Source: an uncultured delta proteobacterium
GTDB taxonomy: Bacteria; Desulfobacterota; Binatia; Binatales; Binataceae
Direction: 5' to 3'
Assembly: GCA_963832395.1 (NCBI GenBank)
Contig: CAWHTV010000004.1
Coordinates: 200,999 to 264,998, forward strand
DNA: 64,000 nt
The stretch's first letter is position 1. The number at the start of each line of letters is the position of its first letter. Below are positions 1-9,033 of the stretch, piece by piece. The translations under genes and the position numbers were made by a program. The notes beneath the pieces are model-generated. The model did no database searches. It was not told the DNA's origin and saw only the letters and a program-made list of their open reading frames with translations.

Positions 1-410
<410 letters not shown>

Positions 411-480
411 GCAGCTCGGCGCGCGATCCAGAAAATTTCCGCTTCAGAAAATTTCCGGACGGACCCTCACCCTATCCTCT

Positions 481-556
481 CCCGCGGCTATACGCGGGCG
501 AGGACGTAAAAATAAAAGAGCGGTCTAGCGTTCGCAGCGGCCCCGCGCGAACGCTA
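481..556. terminator. Hairpin pair between convergent genes (possible terminators)
   Basis: CCCGCG-N6-CGCGGG at 481-498 and a 10-bp stem TAGCGTTCGC/GCGAACGCTA at 526-556. On the minus strand the second hairpin is followed after 8 nt by a T-rich tract. No U-run abuts either stem directly. Confidence 0.3.
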
Positions 557-584
557 CGCGCGATTCGGAAGCGATGACTCGCTG

Positions 585-1739
585 CTAGCCCCACAGTTCG
601 CGGGAGGCGAGCTTCGCGCCGTCGGACATCGCGCGGAACTTGGCCCAGGTGATCGACGGCACCACGCGCGAGAATCCCGCAAAGGTCGCAAACCCGCAGT
701 CGGTGCCCGCGATCACATTCTCGCGCCCGACCACGTTTGCCAGGTTGCGGATGCGCATCGCGACCACCCCGGGATGCTCGATGAAGTTGGTGGTCGAGTC
801 GATCACGCCCGGGATCAGAATCTTGCCCGCCGGCAGTTTTACCTCCCGAAATACCTGGAACTCGTGCTCGTGGCGCGGATTGGACGCCTCGTACGAAATC
901 GCCATCGGGCGCGCCTTGAGCACGATGTCGATGATGTCGCGCAACTCGATGTCGTGATGATGCGGCCCCTCGTAGTTGCCCCAGCATAGATGCAGGCGGA
1001 CGCGCTCGGGCGGAACGTCGCGCAGCGCATGGTTGAGCGCCTCGATATGCAGCTCGGCGACCTTGCGAAACTCGGCCGTGCTGGAACGCGCGAACTGGAT
1101 ATGCCGGCTCATCGCGAGGTCCGGGCAATCGACCTGGAGCAGGAAGCCGGCGCGATGGATGGCGTCGTATTCGACCTTCATCGCGTCGGCGAGCGCGGCG
1201 ATATAGGCCTCGTGCGTGGGGTAGTAGGTGTTGCCGAGGAATTGCGCGATCACGCCCGGCGACGCCGCGCTCAAAAATCCCTCGCTCGCGTTGATGCCGG
1301 CGAGCGCGGCTTTGAAATTGTCGAGGTCGCGCTCGAGTTCGTCGCGGTTGCGGTAGGCGATCGGCCCGTTGCACGACGGCCGTTTCATCGGCGGCACCTT
1401 GCGCCCCAGGAACGCGCGCTGGGTGAATTCGGGGAACTCGGCCATGTCGGCGGCGGTGAGTGAGGCGCGCTTTCCGGTCTCGTCGCCGAAGCCGCTCAGG
1501 CGGTCCTTGACGTAGGTCGAGTAGCCAATTTTGCCCATCTCGCCGTCGTTGACGATATCGACTCCGACCTCGGCCTGCTTGCGCACGACCTCGGCCACCG
1601 CCGAGCGCACGCGCGCCTCCAAAGCGCCGCGGTCGGCGAGTTCGCCGGACTCCCTGGCGAAAAGCATGTCGGCGAGATCGTCGGGCCGCGGCAGGCTGCC
1701 GGTATGGGTGACCAGAATCCGCTCGGTGCTGCGTTTCAT
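585..1739 (-). CDS. Cobalamin-independent methionine synthase II family protein (MetE C-terminal-domain-like methyltransferase)
   Basis: Intact 384-aa ORF. ILVTHTGSLPRP at the N-terminus, with HLCWGN and GTDCGF segments typical of the MetE_C/UROD-like fold family. Confidence 0.75.
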   Translation of the reverse strand: MKRSTERILVTHTGSLPRPDDLADMLFARESGELADRGALEARVRSAVAEVVRKQAEVGVDIVNDGEMGKIGYSTYVKDRLSGFGDETGKRASLTAADMAEFPEFTQRAFLGRKVPPMKRPSCNGPIAYRNRDELERDLDNFKAALAGINASEGFLSAASPGVIAQFLGNTYYPTHEAYIAALADAMKVEYDAIHRAGFLLQVDCPDLAMSRHIQFARSSTAEFRKVAELHIEALNHALRDVPPERVRLHLCWGNYEGPHHHDIELRDIIDIVLKARPMAISYEASNPRHEHEFQVFREVKLPAGKILIPGVIDSTTNFIEHPGVVAMRIRNLANVVGRENVIAGTDCGFATFAGFSRVVPSITWAKFRAMSDGAKLASRELWG

Positions 1740-1995
1740 CGCTCGCTACCCCCGATTCTGTGGGCTAATCCCCGATTCTGGAATGGAGCACTAGCAAAGT
1801 CGCGCCCGGCGCGACAGCGAACGCAGACCCACATCCGATCATTCGGCGACCCGCGGCGACCCGCCGAGGTCACGCTTGGCTTTATTCTCCGGTGACGCTG
1901 GACTATGACTTGATTGTGGGATCGTCGTAGTTGAGTTCGGGTTGCCGGCGGAGCCGCCTCGGCGGACCGCAAATATCGCCCCTTGCGAGGAATTA

Positions 1996-3196
1996 ATGGA
2001 TTTCACGCTGTCGCCCAAAGTCGTGCAGTTGCAAAAGCGCGTCTCCGACTTCATGAACGAGCACGTCTACCCGATCGAGAAGCGGGTCGAGGACGAGATG
2101 AACGTCCACGGCAAGGAGCATACCGAGCCCGAAATTCTCAAAGAGGTCCGCAAGAAGGCCAAGGCCGAGGGGCTGTGGAACCTCTTCATGCCCGACGAGC
2201 ACTACGGCAAGGGACTGAAGGTGGCCGAGTACGCGCCGCTGTCCGAATTGATGGGCCGCAGCCCGATCGGCTCGCGCGCGTTCAACTGCATGGCGCCCGA
2301 CACCGGCAACATGGAAATCCTCGCCGACTTCGGCAACGCGGAGCAAAAGAAGCGCTGGCTCGAGCCCTGCCTGGAGGGCACGATGCGCACCTGCTACTCG
2401 ATGACCGAGCCGGAGACCGCAGGCTCCGACCCGACCCAACTTGCGACGCGCGCGGTCCGCGACGGCGACGACTATGTAATCAACGGCCACAAGTGGTTCA
2501 CCTCGGGCGCGGTCGGCGCGTCGTTCGCGATCGCGATGGTGGTGACCGACCCCAATACCGAGCCGCATCGCCGCGCGAGCCAGATAATCGTCCCGACCGA
2601 CGCGCCGGGATTCAAACTGGTGCGTGCGGTGTCGGTGATGGGCCATGCGGGCGGCGGCGGCCATTGCGAAATCATCTACAAGGATTGCCGCGTGCCGGTG
2701 ACCAACCTGCTCGGCGAGGAGGGCGGCGGCTTCGCGATCGCGCAGGCGCGCCTGGGCCCCGGCCGAATCCATCACTGCATGCGCATGATCGGCGTGGCCG
2801 AGCGGGCGCTGGAGCTGATGTGCAAGCGGGCGGCGACGCGCTTTACCCACGGCAGCCTGCTCGCGGACAAGGCCAACGTTCAGCAATGGATCGCGGACTC
2901 GCGGATCGAGATCGACGCGCACGCGCCTGATGGTGATGCATGCGGCGTGGAAAATCGATACCGCCGGCAAGCGCGAGGCGCGCCAGGAGATCGCGGAAAT
3001 CAAGGTGCAGGCCGCCAACATGGTGATGAACGTGCTGGACCGCGCGATCCAGCTTCACGGCGCGTTGGGGATGACCGACGACACGCCGATCGCCCGCTTC
3101 TGGCGCGAGCAGCGCGCGATGCGGATCGTCGACGGCCCCGACGAAGTCCATCGGATGCAGATTTCGCGGCGCGAAGTACGCCGCTGGCAGCAATAG
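1996..3196 (+). CDS. Acyl-CoA dehydrogenase (frame break near 2920)
   Basis: ATG 1996 follows GAGGA. YSMTEPETAGSDP and the C-terminal DGPDEVHR are ACAD hallmarks. The body is in frame 1 and the last 88 aa in frame 2 (ORF 2930..3196), with one extra base in GACGCGCACG/CGCCTG. The 812-aa track ORF 1942..4380 is read-through in a wrong frame. Confidence 0.85.
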
Positions 3197-3221
3197 CGGC
3201 CGCGGCGCACACTGGAAGCAT

Positions 3222-4380
3222 ATGCCGGAGCGGCAAACTCAAATATCGGCGCAGAACCCGGGACAGGCCTCGGCACAAACTTCAGGAGCGGACGACCTCG
3301 CCGCCGAATACGGCGAGGTGCGCGAGGAGGAGCGGCTCGACTGGCCGCAAGCTTCAGGCCTACCTCCGCGAGCACGAGGTGCCCGGCGCGGGCTCCGCGA
3401 TGGAGGTCAAGCAGTTTCGCGGCGGCAGTTCCAACCTGACCTACCTGCTGCGCTTCGCCGACGGCCATCAGTGGGTCGTGCGGCGGCCGCCGTTCGGACC
3501 GCTGCCGCCCTCGGCGCACGACATGGCGCGCGAGTACCGGGTGCTGTCGCGGCTATGGGAGGGATTTCCGGCGGCGCCGCGCGCGATCGTGCTGTGCGAG
3601 GATCCGGCGATCATCGGCGCGCCGTTCTTCGTGATGGAGCGGCGGGAAGGCGTGGTAATCAAAAATCGCCATCCGCTGCCGCCCGAGCTCGACCAGAAGC
3701 CCGAGACCTTCCGCCGCATCTCGGAAAGCTTGATCGATACGCTCGCCGACCTCCACGCGGCCGACTACGAAAAGATCGGCCTGGGCGGCCTCGGCCGTCC
3801 CGAGGGCTTTTTGCAGCGCCAGATCACGGGATGGATGGGGCGGTGGGAGAAGGCCAAGACGCGCGAAGTGCCGCTGATGGAAAAGCTCGGCACGTGGTTC
3901 CTGGAGCACATGCCGGCGGCGCAAAAGCCCACCCTGCTGCACAACGACTTTTACCTGCACAACGTGATGCTGGCGGCGGGCGATTCGGGCAAGGTGGTCG
4001 GCGTGTTCGACTGGGAGATGTCGACTCTGGGCGATCCGATGATCGATCTGGGGCTGACGATCGGTTACTGGCGCCAGGCCGACGACCCGCCCGAGCTGAT
4101 CGCGCTCTCGCAGGGCTATGCGCATACCACGACGCCCGGCTTCCTCAGCCGCGACGAGTTGCTCCAGCGTTACGCCGGGCGCAGCGGCCGCGACGTGAGC
4201 ATGGCCGACTACTATCGGGCGTGGGCCAACTGGAAGACCGCCACGGTGGTCGAGCAGATTTACGTCCGCTATGTGCGCGGGCAGACCAGCGACCCGCGCT
4301 TTGCCAACATGGGCGAGTGGGCGCCGGTGCTGGCGCGGCAGGCGGCGCGAGTCGTTGCCAAATTCGGCTTTAGGGAGTAA
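3222..4380 (+). CDS. Phosphotransferase (APH/choline-kinase fold, ACAD10/11-associated type; frame break near 3347)
   Basis: N-terminus in frame 3 (GEVREEERLDWP), body in frame 1 (KQFRGGSSNLTYLL, catalytic LLHNDFYLHNVM, VFDWEMSTLGDP). Sits directly downstream of the ACAD gene, as is common for this pair. Confidence 0.8.
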
Positions 4381-4627
4381 ACCGCAAGTGGGCACGCGCA
4401 AGTCCGCGTGCGCAGAACCAGGGCCTTTTTTAGAACCAAGGCCCTTTTCGAAGCCCGCCTTTGTAGTGACCCGTGGCGGCGGCGCGGGATGCCTTTCCAG
4501 CGGGAGTATTTTTTCAGCCGGTCTTTAGGTTAGGCTACGGGGTTGGATTACGAGTGTTGAATTACGAAGTATAGTGGACGGGCAGAGCCCATCAGCCCGT
4601 CACGCCCATCACGGAGGATATGCGGAC

Positions 4628-5496
4628 TTGCACGCGATTAACTACGAAGCTCCAAAAACGCTGAAGGACGCGGTCGCACTGCTCGCCCAATACGGCGAGA
4701 AAGGGCGCCCGCTGTGCGGCGGCACCGACCTCATCATCCAGTTGCGCGCCGGAGTGCGCCGCCCCGAGCATATCGTCGACGTAAAAAAGATCCCCGAGCT
4801 CACTGCAGCTCAGCTACGACTCCAAGAAGGGGTTGCGGCTGGGCGCCGCGGTGCCGGCGATCGAAGTCTGCGAAAACAAGGACATGCAACGGCACTATCC
4901 CGGCCTGATCGAGGCCGCGCATCTCATCGGATCGAACCAGATCCAGACCCGCGCTTCGGTCGGCGGCAACTTGTGCAATGGCTCGCCGGCGGCCGACACC
5001 ACTCCGGCGCTCATCGCGCTGGGCGCGCGGGCGCGCGTGGTCGGGCCAAAGGGCGAGCGCGAGGTCAAGGTCGAGGACTTCTGCACCGCGCCCGGACGCA
5101 CCGTGCTGCGCCGGGCGAGATGCTGGTCGAGATCCTGATCGACGCGCCCGAGCCGCATTCCGCCGACGCCTACCTGCGCTTCATCCCGCGCAACGAGATG
5201 GACATCGCGGTGGTCGGCGTCGGCTCGTGGCTGCACCTGGACGGCGACAAGGTGAGCGCCGCGCGGATCAGCCTGGGCGCGGTGGCGGCGACGCCGCTGT
5301 TCGCGGCCAAGGCGTCCGAGTCGCTGGTTGGCAAGAAGCTCGACGACGCGGCGATCGACCGCGCGGCCAAGCTCGCGATCGAGCTGAGCTCGCCGATCGA
5401 CGACATGCGCGGCACGGCCGAGTTCCGGCGCCATCTGGTCGGCGTGCTCACCAGCGCACGCTGCACATCGCGGCCGAGCGCGCTCGCAAGGCGTAA
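4628..5496 (+). CDS. Xanthine dehydrogenase family FAD-binding subunit (CoxM/XdhB-like; about 3 frame breaks)
   Basis: TTG 4628 lies 9 nt after GGAGGA. Motifs LCGGTDLIIQLR and ASVGGNLCNGSPAAD. Pieces run in frames 2/3/2/1 with breaks near 4808, 5110 and 5452; the last two look like a missing C in a CCC run. Confidence 0.75.
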
Positions 5497-5575
5497 CGGA
5501 GCGTCGGCGGCGCGATCGAATAACCGACACTCAAACTCAACGGACAACCGGCAAGACGAAAGACAAGAATTGACG

Positions 5576-6127
5576 ATGGATCACAAAACAGTAGTAGAGA
5601 CGACAATCAACGGCGAACAGATGGAATTCCTGTGCGAGCCGCGCCAGAGCCTGCTCGAGGTCCTGCGCGACGTGCTCGGGATGACCGGCAGCAAGGAAGG
5701 ATGCCTGACCGGCGACTGCGGCGCATGCACCGTGCTGGTCGACGGCCGCGCCGCCTGCTCGTGCCTGATGCTGGGCGTCGAGGCCGCAGGCCACAAAATC
5801 GAGACCGTCGAGGGACTCGCCCAGGGCTCCAAGCTGCATCCGTTGCAGCAGAAGTTCCTCGAGAACGCGAGCCTCCAGTGCGGCATCTGCACGCCGGGCT
5901 TCCTGATGTCGGCCAAGGCGCTGCTCGATCACAACCCGCATCCGACCGAGGCCGAGATTCGCTACGCGCTGGCGGGCAATCTTTGCCGATGCACCGGCTA
6001 CGACAAGATCGTTCACGCGGTGCTCGAAGTCTCCAAGGGCAAGCGCGTCCAAGGCGGCCTGAGGTCCGCGGCGGTGCGATCGCGAGCGGCGGCCGGCACT
6101 GAAACAGTTCTGGGTAAAGGGAGATAG
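5576..6127 (+). CDS. (2Fe-2S)-binding small subunit of xanthine dehydrogenase family enzyme (CoxS-like)
   Basis: ATG 5576. Two cluster motifs, CLTGDCGACTV and CGICTPG...CRCTGY. Intact. Confidence 0.9.
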   Translation: MDHKTVVETTINGEQMEFLCEPRQSLLEVLRDVLGMTGSKEGCLTGDCGACTVLVDGRAACSCLMLGVEAAGHKIETVEGLAQGSKLHPLQQKFLENASLQCGICTPGFLMSAKALLDHNPHPTEAEIRYALAGNLCRCTGYDKIVHAVLEVSKGKRVQGGLRSAAVRSRAAAGTETVLGKGR

Positions 6128-6133
6128 CTGAAC

Positions 6134-8430
6134 ATGGCAGCGACGACAGAAGGAACCCATCAATTCCGGGTGATCGGAACGCGCCCGATCCGTCACGACG
6201 GCGTCGAGAAGGTGACCGGGGCGGCCAGGTACGGAGCCGACTACGCGTTTCCGGGGATGCTCTTTGGCAGGGTGCTCCGCAGCCCGCACGCCCACGCGAT
6301 TATCAAATCGATCAAGACCGACAAGGCGCTCAAGCTGCCCGGGGTCAAGGCGATAGTGACGGCGGCCGACCTTCCGGAACTGCCCGACCGGATCGAGCAG
6401 GGCGGTGAGCTGCCGATCAACCTCCATCATCTGTCGTGCAACATCCTCGCGCGCGGCAAAGTGATGTACGACGGCCATGCGGTCGCCGCCGTCGCCGCGA
6501 CCAGCCCGCATATCGCCGAGGAGGCGCTGCGCCTGATCGAGGTCGACTACGAGGTGCTGCCGCCGGTGATGACGGTCGAGGACGCGATGGCGCCGGCCGC
6601 GCCGATCCTGCTGCCCGCGCTGCGCAACAAGGAAGACGGCCCCGACAAGCAGACCAACGTCGCCGCCCACGTCCAGTTCAAGCGCGGCGACGTCAAGGAA
6701 GGCTTCAGCAAGGCCGACTTCGTGGTCGAGCGCAAATTCAAGACCGCGATGGTGCATCAGGGGTATATCGAGCCGCACAACGCAGTCGGCATCTACAACG
6801 CCGACGGCCACGCCACGATCTATTGCTCGACCCAGGGCAGCTTCGTCGTGCGCTCGCTCAGCGCCGCGGTGCTCGGGATTCCCGAGGGCAAAATCCGCGT
6901 GGTGCCGGCCGAGATCGGCGGCGGCTTCGGCGGCAAGACCACGGTTTACCTCGAGCCGCTGTCGGTGCTGCTCTCGCAGAAGACCGGCCATCCGGTGAAG
7001 ATGACGATGAACCGCGCGGAGGTGTTGCGCGCCAGCGGCCCGACCTCCGGCGGGACGATCCGCTGCAAGATGGGCGCGACCAAGGACGGCAAGATCGTCG
7101 CGGCCGAAGTCTGGATGGCGTACGAGGCGGGCGGCTTCCCCGGCTCGCCGGTGCCGATGGGCGCGATGTGCATCGTGGCGCCCTACAACATCCCCAACAT
7201 CCTCGTCGACGCGTACGACGTGGTCGTCAACCGGCCCAAGACCGCGGCCTACCGCGCGCCGGGCGCGACCAACGCCGCGTTTGCCTCCGAGACCATCGTC
7301 AATGAACTCGCCGAGAAATGCGGCATCGACCAATGCGAATTCCGCATCCTGAACGGCGCTCACGAGGGCACGCCGCAGACCGCCGGGCCCCCGTACAAGC
7401 GCATCGGGATGATCGAAACGGTCGAGGCGATCAAGAACAGCCCGCACTACAAGTCCAAGCTCGAGGGCAAAAACCGCGGACGCGGCGTGGCCACCGGCTT
7501 CTGGTTCAACATCGGCTTCCAGTCCTCGGCGATGGTCAATATCCACAACGACGGCACCGCCAGCGTGGTGACCGGCTCGGTCGATATCGGCGGGTCGCGC
7601 GCCTCGATGGCGATAATCACGGCGGAGGTGCTCGGCCTGGATGTCAACGACGTCCGCCCGCTCGATCGCCGACACCGATTCGATCGGCTATACCGACGTG
7701 ACCGGCGGCAGCCGCACCACCGTCGCCACCGGGCTTGCGGTCTTCGAGGCGGCACAGGACGCCGTGCGCCAACTCAAGGAGCGCGCCGCCAAGCTGTGGG
7801 AGAAAAAGCCCGAGGAGGTCGAATTCAGCAACGGCCTGCTCAGCTCGAAGAGCAACGGCGTCAAGCCGATGTCAATCAAGGAGATCGTTCCGCGCCTCGG
7901 CCGCACCGGCGGTCCGATCACCGGACGCGCCACGGTCAACGCGCGCGCCGTCGGCCCGGCCTTCGCCTCGACCTGCGTCGACGTCGAAGTCGATCCGGAT
8001 ACCGGCAAGGTGACGATCCTGCGCGCCACGATCGCCCAGGATGCCGGCAAGGCGGTCCATCCGAGCTACGTCGAGGGCCAGATGCAGGGCGGCACCGTGC
8101 AGGGCATCGGCTGGGCGCTCAACGAGGAGTACTTCTACGACGCCAAGGGCGTGCTGCGTAACACCGGATTGCTGGACTACCGGATGCCGACCTGCCTCGA
8201 CCTGCCGATGATCGAAACCTGCATCGTCGAGGTTCCCGCGCCCGGCCATCCGATCGGCTCGCGCGGCGTGGGCGAGGTCTCGATCGTGCCGCCGCCGGCC
8301 GCAGTCGCCAACGCGATCGCTAACGCGGTCGGCGTGCGGATGACCGAGCTGCCGATGTCGCCGGGACGCGTGCTCAAGGCGATCCTGCACAAGGAAGGCG
8401 CCGCAGCAGGCCTCGGCCGCAGCCGACTAA
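6134..8430 (+). CDS. Xanthine dehydrogenase family molybdopterin-binding large subunit, copy 1 (frame break near 7663, probable second one near the 3' end)
   Basis: GGGFGGK and AAYRAPG motifs. Continues in ORF 7641..8537 (IADTDSIGYTDVTGGSR). The track ORF runs to 8537 through a terminator hairpin and a repeat element; TAA 8428-8430 in the +1 frame is the more likely stop. Confidence 0.8.
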
Positions 8431-8445
8431 GTCGCTGTCAGCAAC

Positions 8446-8482
8446 GGGCCGGGTTCCATTGGGGACCCGGCCCTTTCAATTT
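8446..8482 (+). terminator. Rho-independent terminator after coxL-like copy 1
   Basis: 12-bp stem GGGCCGGGTTCC / GGGGACCCGGCCC (8446-8457 / 8462-8473), 4-nt loop, then TTTCAATTT. Confidence 0.7.
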
Positions 8483-8492
8483 GTGCCAGATG

Positions 8493-8535
8493 GTCATCCT
8501 GAGCGAAGCGAGTCCGCGAGCGGAGTCGCGAGCAT
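8493..8535 (+). repeat. GTCATCCTGAGCG repeat family, copy A (single arm)
   Basis: GTCATCCTGAGCGAAGCGAGTCCGCGAGC matches the reverse complement of 26521-26548. Confidence 0.7.
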
Positions 8536-8603
8536 AGTTCAAGACCTCGCGCGGCGGCCTTTCGTCGCGTGATTTGCCTGGGTTTTTCCAGTAGCGTGAA
8601 CTC

Positions 8604-8870
8604 ATGCCGACTGTGATAGTCCCTGCGCTGCTGCGCAAACTAACTAACGGACAAGAGCGCGTCGCGGTGCGCGGCGCGACCGTGCGCCAGGTGATCGAGG
8701 ATCTCGAGCGCCAATTCCCCGGCATCAATACGCATCTGATCGAGGACGGCGATCTGAAATCAGGCATCGCCGTTTCGGTCGACGGCGAGATGGGAGTCGG
8801 CGGCCTGCTCGACCCGGTCAAGGAAACCAGCGAAGTCTATTTTTTGCCCGCGATCGGCGGCGGCCTCTAA
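8604..8870 (+). CDS. MoaD/ThiS-family ubiquitin-like sulfur-carrier protein
   Basis: 88 aa with a beta-grasp-like pattern (VAVRGATVRQVIEDLERQFPG ... EVYFLPAIGGGL). Glycine C-terminus carrying one extra Leu. Confidence 0.7.
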   Translation: MPTVIVPALLRKLTNGQERVAVRGATVRQVIEDLERQFPGINTHLIEDGDLKSGIAVSVDGEMGVGGLLDPVKETSEVYFLPAIGGGL

Positions 8871-9033
8871 CCGCGCCCTTCCCACCTATCGTTCCATCCT
8901 TCTCCAGGCGCTGCCTTCGATTGCTCTACCCGGCAATGAACAGGTTGCGATGGCGTCCTTCCGTTGCCTGCTGGTCGGTGCCCGACCTTGGATGATATAA
9001 GGGCGCTCGGTCGGTTGCTTCGCGTGGAGTGCG

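Noticed and set aside
1942-4380. 812-aa track ORF that looks like an ACAD-kinase fusion protein
   Set aside because: The middle third is R/A/P-rich out-of-frame read-through. The ACAD C-terminus is in ORF 2930..3196 and the kinase N-terminus in ORF 3222... These are two separate genes, each with one frame break.
4574-6127. 517-aa ORF apparently fusing the FAD and 2Fe-2S subunits
   Set aside because: The FAD subunit ends in another frame at 5496 (..HIAAERARKA-stop). The small subunit has its own ATG at 5576. The link between them is non-coding sequence that happens to be open in a GC-rich frame.
5537-7675. Very long antisense ORFs. This one is 712 aa; others are 17866..19323, 24547..26145, 42135..43628, 38367..39689, 20317..21345 and 31373..32707.
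   Set aside because: They are typical shadow ORFs of high-GC DNA: R/A/G/D-rich low-complexity translations, each lying opposite a gene with clear family motifs.
6134-8430. Calling the cox-like locus an aerobic carbon-monoxide dehydrogenase
   Set aside because: Both large subunits carry AAYRAPG instead of the CODH active-site loops (VAYRCSFR for form I, AYRGAGR for form II). The safer call is a xanthine dehydrogenase family hydroxylase of unknown substrate.
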